IMG/VR virus record: IMGVR_UViG_3300017645_000008
Location: 1-40,114 of that record
DNA length: 40,114 bases
Reading direction: 5' to 3' (one strand)
Origin: a virus
Lineage: Duplodnaviria > Caudoviricetes
This document shows, in pieces, positions 8,740-15,434 of this stretch. The notes below the pieces were generated by a model. That model had not been told where the DNA came from. It searched no databases and was given only the letters and a program-made list of their open reading frames with translations. The number at the start of each line of letters is the position of its first letter. The first letter of the stretch is position 1. The position numbers were made by a program, and so were the translations under genes.

Positions 8740-9495
8740 TCAGGCGGCCTCGGCTTCGGCTGCGGACGTGAAATCCTTCAACGCCTCTGCCGCGCGCAAC
8801 TCGATAAACTGGATCAGCAACCGATATTGCTGACCATTGGAGCTGTCTCCATGTGACTCTTCGACGGCGGCCGAGAACTCGTCCAGCGTGCCGCTGAAGC
8901 AGCCGCGATTGACACGGATGCCGCGATCCTTTTCGAGGAACCAGCAGAGCGTCCCATGTTCGCTTCCGACGCACGAAAACCAGCCAAGGTGATTGCGATG
9001 GGAGACCCACGCGTCGCCGGAGACCTGCGCGTCGCCGGAGACCCGCGCGTCGCCGTAGACCCGCGCGTTGCCGTAGACCCACGCGTCGCCGGAGACCCAC
9101 GCGTTGCCGGAGACCCGCGCGTCGCCGTAGACCCGCGCGTCGCCGTAGACCCGCGCGTTGCCGTAGACCCGCGCGTCGCCGTAGACCCACGCGTTGCCGT
9201 AGACCCACGCGTCGCCGGAGACCCACGCGTTGCCGGAGACCTGCGCGTTGCCGGAGACCCGCGCGTCGCCGTAGACCCGCGCGTTGCCGTAGACCCACGC
9301 GTTGCCGGAGACCCACGCGTTGCCGGAGACCTGCGAGAGATTATTTTCGCTTTCGACGTAGCCGCCGAGGTCGCCCACCGCGACACCGATCGCGGCGATC
9401 GCGACAAGTGCCCTGATGCGGAACAGCGTACGGCCGTCCCAGGTCTGAACGGTGTCATCCTTTACCAGTTCGTATTTTCTGGACGCCTCGGCCAT
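8740..9495 (-). CDS. Hexapeptide-repeat (left-handed beta-helix-like) phage protein, first gene of pL operon
   Basis: KYEL..LFRIRAL..GDLGGYVESENNLSQ, 18 x [WRQ]V[SY]G[ND]A, C-terminal GCFSGTLDEF; GGAGGG RBS. Confidence 0.85.
   Translation of the reverse strand: MAEASRKYELVKDDTVQTWDGRTLFRIRALVAIAAIGVAVGDLGGYVESENNLSQVSGNAWVSGNAWVYGNARVYGDARVSGNAQVSGNAWVSGDAWVYGNAWVYGDARVYGNARVYGDARVYGDARVSGNAWVSGDAWVYGNARVYGDARVSGDAQVSGDAWVSHRNHLGWFSCVGSEHGTLCWFLEKDRGIRVNRGCFSGTLDEFSAAVEESHGDSSNGQQYRLLIQFIELRAAEALKDFTSAAEAEAA
9001..9333 (-). repeat. Coding tandem repeat, 18.5 copies of an 18-bp unit
   Basis: (TGG/CGG/CAG)GTC(TCC/TAC)GGC(AAC/GAC)GCG on the minus strand. Confidence 0.97.
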
Positions 9496-9567
9496 CCGCG
9501 TTCCCTCCACTGTGTCGACCGTCTCGCGATCACCGGGAGGGTGATGGTCGGGTCGTCGTGTGGGGAG

Positions 9568-9610
9568 AATGTGGACTACGAAATGTAGCGCGTCAATAGG
9601 AAATGTAGCG
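9568..9610 (-). promoter_or_regulatory. pL promoter with operators OL1 (9574-9590) and OL2 (9594-9610)
   Basis: Minus strand TTGACG-N17-CACATT; 17-mers gactacgaaatgtagcg and caataggaaatgtagcg. Confidence 0.7.
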
Positions 9611-9705
9611 TTGTGCTATCTTTTGTATCCCACCCCGCGCGAATCGGTGCTATCGGGGTGGGTGTGGCTCCCGCGCGGGAACGACGAGAAGCCCCCGGCG
9701 GCGGG

Positions 9706-9993
9706 TTAGCGCTGTCGGGGGTGGATCAAGACGTTTTGCACGCACCTGCAAACCCGGCACGCGCTTTTCACGAAAGGCGGGTTCCGTGGAAGGTGTGGCG
9801 CGCGAAAAAATCCGCCGGTGAGGACGGCCATCCCTTGCCTCCACAACCATTCATATCGAAACCGTTCCATCAACCTTTGGGTAAGGAGGGCGGGAGAGCC
9901 TCCTGCGGCCGCACTAAGCGGTTGATTGGAGAGATATATGTCTGGCTGCTCAAGAAATTGCGTACCGTGTGAACTGGGTTGTTTCGTGCTCAT
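9706..9993 (-). CDS. Hypothetical protein coupled to repressor (95 aa, CRVCRC)
   Basis: ATGA overlap with cI stop; lies between cI and OL. Confidence 0.45.
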   Translation of the reverse strand: MSTKQPSSHGTQFLEQPDIYLSNQPLSAAAGGSPALLTQRLMERFRYEWLWRQGMAVLTGGFFRAPHLPRNPPFVKSACRVCRCVQNVLIHPRQR

Positions 9994-10484
9994 GGGCTTG
10001 GTGGCGAGGGCCGATCGACGGGCAGGCGACTCAATAACACATCTAACGCGCCAAGCGTTCGATCGAATGGCTGATGCGGGTTCGCCATTCGATGCTCCAA
10101 GCCTTCGCGAAGAACTTCGCCGATCTCTCGAAGCGCACCTTCGTGATCGCGGGCTTTCAACGCGTAAGGCGCCACGAGCGCGACCATCCGTCCCAGCTCG
10201 TCTGCACTAGGTAGCGTATCTTCCGGCGGCCGGGTTGCGTGGGGGCCGCCACTTTGCGGAATCGCGCCGCCATGCAAAAGCCACTTTCCGGGGACTCCCA
10301 AAGCCTCAGAGAATAGCACCACATGCTTTGAAAAGCCGTTTTGATCCGCTTCATACGCGCGATAAGTGACCGGCTTAATGTTGAGCGAGCGCGCAAACGC
10401 GGCCGCGTCTAAATGGCCTTTCCGCACACGCGCCCACCGCAGCCTTGCTCCCGGCGAATCAACGTTAGTCAGACTGTCAGCCAT
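9990..10484 (-). CDS. XRE-family HTH phage repressor (CI-like), no S24 peptidase domain seen
   Basis: GARLRWAR..AAFARSLNIKPVTYRAYE..ALGVPGKWLLHG; divergent from cro-like gene. Confidence 0.8.
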   Translation of the reverse strand: MADSLTNVDSPGARLRWARVRKGHLDAAAFARSLNIKPVTYRAYEADQNGFSKHVVLFSEALGVPGKWLLHGGAIPQSGGPHATRPPEDTLPSADELGRMVALVAPYALKARDHEGALREIGEVLREGLEHRMANPHQPFDRTLGALDVLLSRLPVDRPSPPSP

Positions 10485-10507
10485 GTGTGTTGGCTCGCAC
10501 AAACTAA

Positions 10508-10550
10508 CGCTACAAATCATATTGCCTGATGCCGCTACGTTTGATAGCGT
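10508..10550 (+). promoter_or_regulatory. pR promoter with operators at 10508-10524 and 10533-10549
   Basis: TTGCCT-N17-TAGCGT; cgctacaaatcatattg matches reverse complement of OL2 at 14/17; cgctacgtttgatagcg is palindromic. Confidence 0.7.
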
Positions 10551-10559
10551 CATGTCATT

Positions 10560-10778
10560 ATGGATCATCCGAACATCATCCAGTCGTTAGGTGGCGCCAA
10601 GGTCGTCGCAGAACGGCTTCGCGATCGCGGCGTCGTCGTCGCTGACGTGACAGTCAGGTCATGGACATTGGCCGGGAGGTCGATCCCAGCGAAATATTGG
10701 GCGCACATCGCAGACATCGCGAAGGAGCGAGGGCGAAGCCTCTCCTTCGAAGAGTTGGCCCAATCGGTGGCCGCATGA
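10560..10778 (+). CDS. cro: Cro-like HTH protein
   Basis: IIQSLGGAKVVAERL..TVRSW..RSIPAKYW; position opposite repressor. Confidence 0.8.
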   Translation: MDHPNIIQSLGGAKVVAERLRDRGVVVADVTVRSWTLAGRSIPAKYWAHIADIAKERGRSLSFEELAQSVAA

Positions 10779-10927
10779 TCAAGCCGCCCACCTCCCGTCT
10801 CATCGTCGACAACTCGTTGGTCTTTCGAATTGGCTTCGTGATGGGGGTCGGCATGGCGATAGGCGTGCTCTGCGTAGGGGGCACGCTTGGTTTGATCGGT
10901 CGTCTGCTCAAGTTGGCGGGGGCGTAG
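10775..10927 (+). CDS. Small single-TM protein (50 aa)
   Basis: ATGA coupling to cro; IGFVMGVGMAIGVLCVGGTLGLIG. Confidence 0.6.
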   Translation: MIKPPTSRLIVDNSLVFRIGFVMGVGMAIGVLCVGGTLGLIGRLLKLAGA

Positions 10928-10931
10928 GAGC

Positions 10932-11057
10932 GTGACAGACATCGTCACAGACATCGTACTTCCGGCCCTCATCATTTTCAGCGTGCCGATCGGCATGGTC
11001 ATCGGCGCCGTAATTCTCGCCGCCGAAGAAGAGCGACGGAAGGATCGCCGCCCATGA
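10932..11057 (+). CDS. Small single-TM protein (41 aa)
   Basis: IVLPALIIFSVPIGMVIGAVILAA then EEERRKDRR; translated by hand. Confidence 0.55.
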   Translation: MTDIVTDIVLPALIIFSVPIGMVIGAVILAAEEERRKDRRP

Positions 11058-11173
11058 TGCTCGCCCAAATCGCGCTCGGCCTCGCCGGCTACGGGCTGAT
11101 CGTCATCGCGATCTGCCGCTTCTTCTACATCGCCGCCCAGGCCGACGACGACCGGCACGACGGCTTCACCTGA
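11054..11173 (+). CDS. Small single-TM protein (39 aa)
   Basis: MMLAQIALGLAGYGLIVIAICRFFYIAA..; ATGA coupling; translated by hand. Confidence 0.55.
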   Translation: MMLAQIALGLAGYGLIVIAICRFFYIAAQADDDRHDGFT

Positions 11174-11180
11174 TTGCATG

Positions 11181-11204
11181 GGGCGGGGTGGATACGCCTC
11201 GCCC
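11181..11204 (+). terminator. GC hairpin, possible tR1-like terminator or pause
   Basis: GGGCGGGGTG-GATA-CGCCTCGCCC; weak U-tract. Confidence 0.4.
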
Positions 11205-11284
11205 GTTCATGTCGCAACGCAACATGATGGTTAAGAAATGTCCTGTTTCCAAACATTTACTATATTCGTTAGGGAGGTTCTTTA

Positions 11285-11503
11285 ATGGATACCGAGACGT
11301 TCGCAGGTGCGATGACGTTGCTCGCGGTCATCAGTCTGCTTCTGGCGTGGCGAGCGCTGTCTCGTTTGGCTGCGGTGGAGCGCGAGCTTTCCGCGCGGAC
11401 ACCGAGGCGCGATGCGTCGGGCCGGTTCGTGTCATCGGATCGGGCGCGGGATCAGCGTGCCAGGCAGGATGCGACGACGGCTGCGTTGAGGGCGGGGCGG
11501 TGA
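11285..11503 (+). CDS. Small protein with N-terminal TM and RDASGRF motif
   Basis: GGGAGG RBS; TGATG coupling to MTase. Confidence 0.65.
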   Translation: MDTETFAGAMTLLAVISLLLAWRALSRLAAVERELSARTPRRDASGRFVSSDRARDQRARQDATTAALRAGR

Positions 11504-12234
11504 TGCGCTGTGAGAAGATCGGGCCGGCGACGCTGTATCTGGGGGATTGTCTCCAGATCATGACGACGCTCGGGCCGGTCGATCATGTGATCTGCGACCC
11601 GCCGTATGAGGCAAGCCTGCACGCAGCAAAGTCGCACATGTCCAATCTCCGGAAAGACGGCGGTCGCGAGCTTCAGGAAATCGACTTTGACTGCATCGAC
11701 CCTATTCGGGAGCAGTTTATTGAACTGAGCGCCGCTGCCTGCGAAGGTTGGTTCATCGCCTTCTGCACTGTTGAAGGTGCGCGTCCGTGGGCTGACCGCA
11801 TCAATGCCAGCAGCATGAAGTATAAGCGGGCCTGCGTCTGGGTAAAGCCGGACAGTACGCCGCAACTCAACGGACAGGGGCCGGCCCAAGGCGCGGAGAT
11901 CTTCGTTACCGCTTGGGCCGGCACGGGCCATGCACGGTGGAACGCGGGTGGTAAGCGCGGCGTCTACACGCACCTCGTCAACAACCCCGAGCGCACCGGC
12001 CTGCATCCGACCGAGAAGCCCCGGCGACTCATGTCGGAGATCATTGCCGACTTCACCAGTCGCGGCGAGCTGATCTGCGACCCGTTCATGGGCTCCGGCA
12101 CCACCGGCGTTGCAGCCGTGATGGCGGGTCGGCGGTTCATCGGAATCGAGCAGAAGTCCGAATATTTCGACATCGCCTGCAAACGCATTGAGGACGCGCA
12201 GCGTCAGGGCTCGCTGTTCGGGGAGGCGGCATAA
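11503..12234 (+). CDS. Orphan DNA methyltransferase, N6/N4 beta class
   Basis: LYLGDC, motif IV DPPY, HPTEKP, motif I DPFMGSGTTG. Confidence 0.92.
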   Translation: MRCEKIGPATLYLGDCLQIMTTLGPVDHVICDPPYEASLHAAKSHMSNLRKDGGRELQEIDFDCIDPIREQFIELSAAACEGWFIAFCTVEGARPWADRINASSMKYKRACVWVKPDSTPQLNGQGPAQGAEIFVTAWAGTGHARWNAGGKRGVYTHLVNNPERTGLHPTEKPRRLMSEIIADFTSRGELICDPFMGSGTTGVAAVMAGRRFIGIEQKSEYFDIACKRIEDAQRQGSLFGEAA

Positions 12235-12941
12235 TGGGCAACCCCCGGATGCCGATCCCGGCCGGATTCGCCGATCACATGCACCTGCCGCTCGCTGAGC
12301 ACGCTGCCCTGTTCGGAATAAGTCAGGCCACCGCCTCACGGATGCGCGGGGAGGTGCGCGGGCGTCCATTCTGTCAGGACAAGGGTGCATGCAAAGCGGT
12401 AGGGCAATCACATTGCGGAACCTGTGCCCAGCGCGCGAAAGCGGCGGCGGGATATGCTGGGCGCCGATGGACGGACGAAGAGATAGCGATCCTCGTCAAA
12501 GGCCGGCGCAAAGGATGGTCCTTCACGCGGATCGTGCGTGATTTGCCGGGAAGGTCCGCCGATGCGGCCGGCGCCAAATTCGAGCAGATAGAAGCAGCAA
12601 AGGCGGCCGAGCGCCGCGCGCAGGCAAATTACACGTCACCGATCTGGACACCGGACGAAGACCGGACATTGCTTGCGGGGCTCAAGGAAGGCTTCACGCA
12701 CCGCGAGATCAGCGAGACGCTCTTGCCGCATCGGACGGTGGGCGCGATCCGCTGCCGCGCGCGGGTGTTGGGCGCCGTCGAGTCGGAAGCCGGTGGGCAA
12801 ATCGCCCCGATCAGGTCGGAGAATACCGCCGAAGCGATCGGCAGCGCCAATCTGCGACGGGCGATCATCCGCTTTGCCGAGCGGCATCCCGAGAGCGCGA
12901 TCGGCCGGGCGCTGATCGAACAGCGGGAGGCGGCGGCGTGA
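12234..12941 (+). CDS. Regulator with two Myb/SANT (GcrA N-terminal-like) HTH repeats and a Cys cluster
   Basis: RWTDEEIAIL..GWSFTRIVRDLPGRSADA and WTPDEDRTL..GFTHREISETLLPHRTVGAIRCRARVLG. Confidence 0.7.
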   Translation: MGNPRMPIPAGFADHMHLPLAEHAALFGISQATASRMRGEVRGRPFCQDKGACKAVGQSHCGTCAQRAKAAAGYAGRRWTDEEIAILVKGRRKGWSFTRIVRDLPGRSADAAGAKFEQIEAAKAAERRAQANYTSPIWTPDEDRTLLAGLKEGFTHREISETLLPHRTVGAIRCRARVLGAVESEAGGQIAPIRSENTAEAIGSANLRRAIIRFAERHPESAIGRALIEQREAAA

Positions 12942-13141
12942 GGGACCAGCGTTATCCTGGCACGCTCGCGGAGGAAGGCCGGTTCGGCCAGTGGCTGGCG
13001 GGCGCGACTCCCGAAACGATCGCGCGGACGACCGTCGCCGATCTGCTGCAAAGCTACCGTCTCGATGCGCGCTGGATGGAGGCGAAGCTGCTCGCGCGGC
13101 AGGATCAAATCCGGCGTGAGGTGATGGGAGCGCCGGTGTGA
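12938..13141 (+). CDS. Hypothetical protein (67 aa)
   Basis: GGGAGG RBS; coupled at both ends. Confidence 0.65.
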   Translation: MRDQRYPGTLAEEGRFGQWLAGATPETIARTTVADLLQSYRLDARWMEAKLLARQDQIRREVMGAPV

Positions 13142-13611
13142 AAGGCTCCGTCCAGCTCCGTCAGTTTCTGCGCGATATTCGCGCAGGAGCGCCCGTGACA
13201 GAGGCCGCCGAACGCGCGGGCATCTCGATCGGGGAGGCGATCCTGCACGCGAAAGCGGAGGACGCCGGCGAATATTCGGACATCGACACCAGGACCCCGA
13301 CGATGGGGCATAACAGCGGAGGACAGGCCATGCCGGACGTTATCCAGTCGGATCAATTGAGGCTCCTCATCGAGCGCGTCGAGCGGCTTGAGGAAGAGAA
13401 GAGCGGCATCGCCGCCGACATCAAGGATGTCTATGCGGAGGCCAAGGCGGTCGGCTACGACCCGAAAATCATGCGCGAGATCGTGCGTGAGCGACGGACG
13501 GAAAAGCACGTCCGCGACGAGCGCGAGGCACTGCTGGACACCTATCGCGCAGCGCTGGGCATGCTGGACGGCACGCCGCTGGGCAACGCAGCGCTTCGGG
13601 CTGTCGGCTGA
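13138..13611 (+). CDS. gapR: GapR/DUF2312 nucleoid protein with N-terminal HTH-like extension
   Basis: DQLRLLIERVERLEEEKSGIAADIKDVYAEAKAVGYDPKIMREIV..LLDTYRAALGM. Confidence 0.9.
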   Translation: MKGSVQLRQFLRDIRAGAPVTEAAERAGISIGEAILHAKAEDAGEYSDIDTRTPTMGHNSGGQAMPDVIQSDQLRLLIERVERLEEEKSGIAADIKDVYAEAKAVGYDPKIMREIVRERRTEKHVRDEREALLDTYRAALGMLDGTPLGNAALRAVG

Positions 13612-13616
13612 CGCGC

Positions 13617-13961
13617 GTGCCGCAAATCGTCCTCCCCTGGCCTCCGAAGGTGCTGTCGCCGAACGCGCGGGTGCATTTCCGCGTCAAGGCGGGCGCGGTG
13701 AAAGCATATCGCGAGACAGCCTACTGGCTGGCGAAGGCTACACCGCTCGCGGTTCCGGCCGAGGGCGGAATCGCGCTGCGGCTCGATTTCCACCCGCCCG
13801 ACCGGAGGCGCAGAGACCTCGATAATATGCTCGCCGCGATCAAGGCGGGGATCGACGGGATCGCGCAGGCGCATGGCGTGGACGACGCGCGATTTGGTTT
13901 CTGGCTGAGCCGGGAAGCGCCGGTCAAGGGCGGCGCTGTCGTCGTCACGGTGATGATGTGA
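13617..13961 (+). CDS. rusA: RusA-like Holliday junction resolvase
   Basis: LPWPP..LSPN, FHPPDRRRRDLDNMLAAIKAGIDGIA..GVDD. Confidence 0.8.
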   Translation: MPQIVLPWPPKVLSPNARVHFRVKAGAVKAYRETAYWLAKATPLAVPAEGGIALRLDFHPPDRRRRDLDNMLAAIKAGIDGIAQAHGVDDARFGFWLSREAPVKGGAVVVTVMM

Positions 13962-14158
13962 CCGCGCGCCTCATCGGAGAGATCACCGCGCCGCTCGTCG
14001 AGCGCGCCCAGACCATGGCCGGCTTTCAGGCGATGCTCCGTCGCTGCCCGACCTCACACGCCCGCAAGGGCCTCATCCTCGCCGCCTATGACAGCGGCGC
14101 GATCGACGAGGCCGACGCGCGCCTCCTGATCGAAGCAGAAGGGCTTGAAACAGCATGA
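13958..14158 (+). CDS. Hypothetical protein (66 aa)
   Basis: Coupled at both ends. Confidence 0.65.
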   Translation: MTARLIGEITAPLVERAQTMAGFQAMLRRCPTSHARKGLILAAYDSGAIDEADARLLIEAEGLETA

Positions 14159-14877
14159 GCGGCCCAACCGCATGGATGCCATTCTACGTCGGCGATTATC
14201 TCGGCGATACGCAGCGCCTGACGACGGAACAGCACGGCGCCTATCTCTTGCTGATGCTCGATTACTGGCGCAATGGCCCGCCGCCCGACGATGACGCGGT
14301 CCTTCAGCAGATCACGAAGCTGGAGCGGGCAGCGTGGAAAAGGCACAAACCGGCGCTTGCCCGCATGTTCGTTGTCGCCGATGGTGTCTGGCACCACAAG
14401 CGTATCGACCGCGAACTGGCGAATGCGGCAAGCAACGCCGAGCGCAGATCGAGCAAGGCGAGGGCGGCGGCAGAAGCACGCTGGGGCAATGCTCCAAGCA
14501 TACCCGAAGCATGCTCCGAGGATGCTCCAAGCATGCCCGGCCCAAGCATGCTTGGAGAATGCCCGCCACCTTCATCAAGTAAGAAGAACCCAACAGATAA
14601 ATCTGTTGGGGCCGCCCAACGCGCAAATCGGCTCCCGAAAGATTTCGTTGTTCCGCCCGAATGGCGGGCGTGGGCAGCACAGGAACTCCGTCTATCGCGA
14701 TCGGTGATCGACACCGAGGCGGCGAAGTTTGTCGACTACTGGCATGCAAAATCAGGGAAGGACGCGACCAAGCTCGACTGGCAAGCGACCTGGCGCAACT
14801 GGTGCAGGAACGCTCGGCCGGGCCGCCCGGTTCACCAAGGCCGCGACGATGAACCCGAAATGCCGGCGTTCGCCTGA
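14155..14877 (+). CDS. DUF1376/YdaU-family replication initiator
   Basis: WMPFYVGDYLGDTQRLTTEQHGAYLLLMLDYW; C-terminal KFVDYW..DWQATWRNW. Confidence 0.85.
   Translation: MSGPTAWMPFYVGDYLGDTQRLTTEQHGAYLLLMLDYWRNGPPPDDDAVLQQITKLERAAWKRHKPALARMFVVADGVWHHKRIDRELANAASNAERRSSKARAAAEARWGNAPSIPEACSEDAPSMPGPSMLGECPPPSSSKKNPTDKSVGAAQRANRLPKDFVVPPEWRAWAAQELRLSRSVIDTEAAKFVDYWHAKSGKDATKLDWQATWRNWCRNARPGRPVHQGRDDEPEMPAFA
14489..14610. repeat. Iterons and inverted repeat inside initiator gene, probable phage ori
   Basis: About 11-bp periodic (c/a)ATGCTCCAAG variants, then CCCAACAGAT-aa-ATCTGTTGGG at 14589-14610. Confidence 0.7.
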
Positions 14878-15434
14878 TGGATTCCCGCACCATCGCCGAT
14901 GCGCTCGCCGAGCACGGTATCTCGCTCAAATCCTACGGCAAGGGCGAGCAGACGCGGACCTGCCCGCAATGCTCGCACACCCGGAAAAAGAAGAAGAATC
15001 GCTGCCTGTCGGTGCTGATCGACGACGATGGATTTTGCTTTTTTTGCTTTCATTGCAATTGGAAGGGAGGATCACGTGGAACTGACGCAGCCGCACAGGA
15101 ACTGGCTGGACGCGCGCGGCATCGATCCCCGGATCGCCGAAAAATTCGGGCTTTTCACGAAAGCGGGAAAGGGCGCGGAATGGCTCGCGGTCCCCTACGT
15201 CGAGAACGGCCGGATCGTGAATCACAAATACCGGGTGGCCTCCGACAAAACCCGGCAGATGATGGATTCCGGCGCGCCGCTCACGCTGTGCAATCACGAC
15301 TGCCTGCTGGATCACTCGCTGGACGCGACGCCGCTGATCATCGTCGAGGGCGAGTGGGACATGCTGGCGGTGATGACGGCCGGCAAGCTCCGGGTGGTCT
15401 CGGTGCCCAACGGCGCCCCGAGGGAATCCAGTGA
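14877..15434 (+). CDS. Stand-alone primase zinc-binding domain (first ~65 aa); tail overlaps helicase gene out of frame
   Basis: RTCPQCSHTRKKKKNRCLSV..FCFHCNWKG; TGATG coupling to initiator. Confidence 0.7.
   Translation: MDSRTIADALAEHGISLKSYGKGEQTRTCPQCSHTRKKKKNRCLSVLIDDDGFCFFCFHCNWKGGSRGTDAAAQELAGRARHRSPDRRKIRAFHESGKGRGMARGPLRRERPDRESQIPGGLRQNPADDGFRRAAHAVQSRLPAGSLAGRDAADHRRGRVGHAGGDDGRQAPGGLGAQRRPEGIQ

Noticed and set aside
9001-9333. CRISPR-like or DGR-like array
   Set aside because: Contiguous 18-bp coding units with no unique spacers; no cas or reverse transcriptase gene in the window
15039-15045. Run of seven T as the slippery site joining Zn finger and helicase
   Set aside because: A shift here would remove the second CxxC pair (CFHC), so it cannot give a functional fusion
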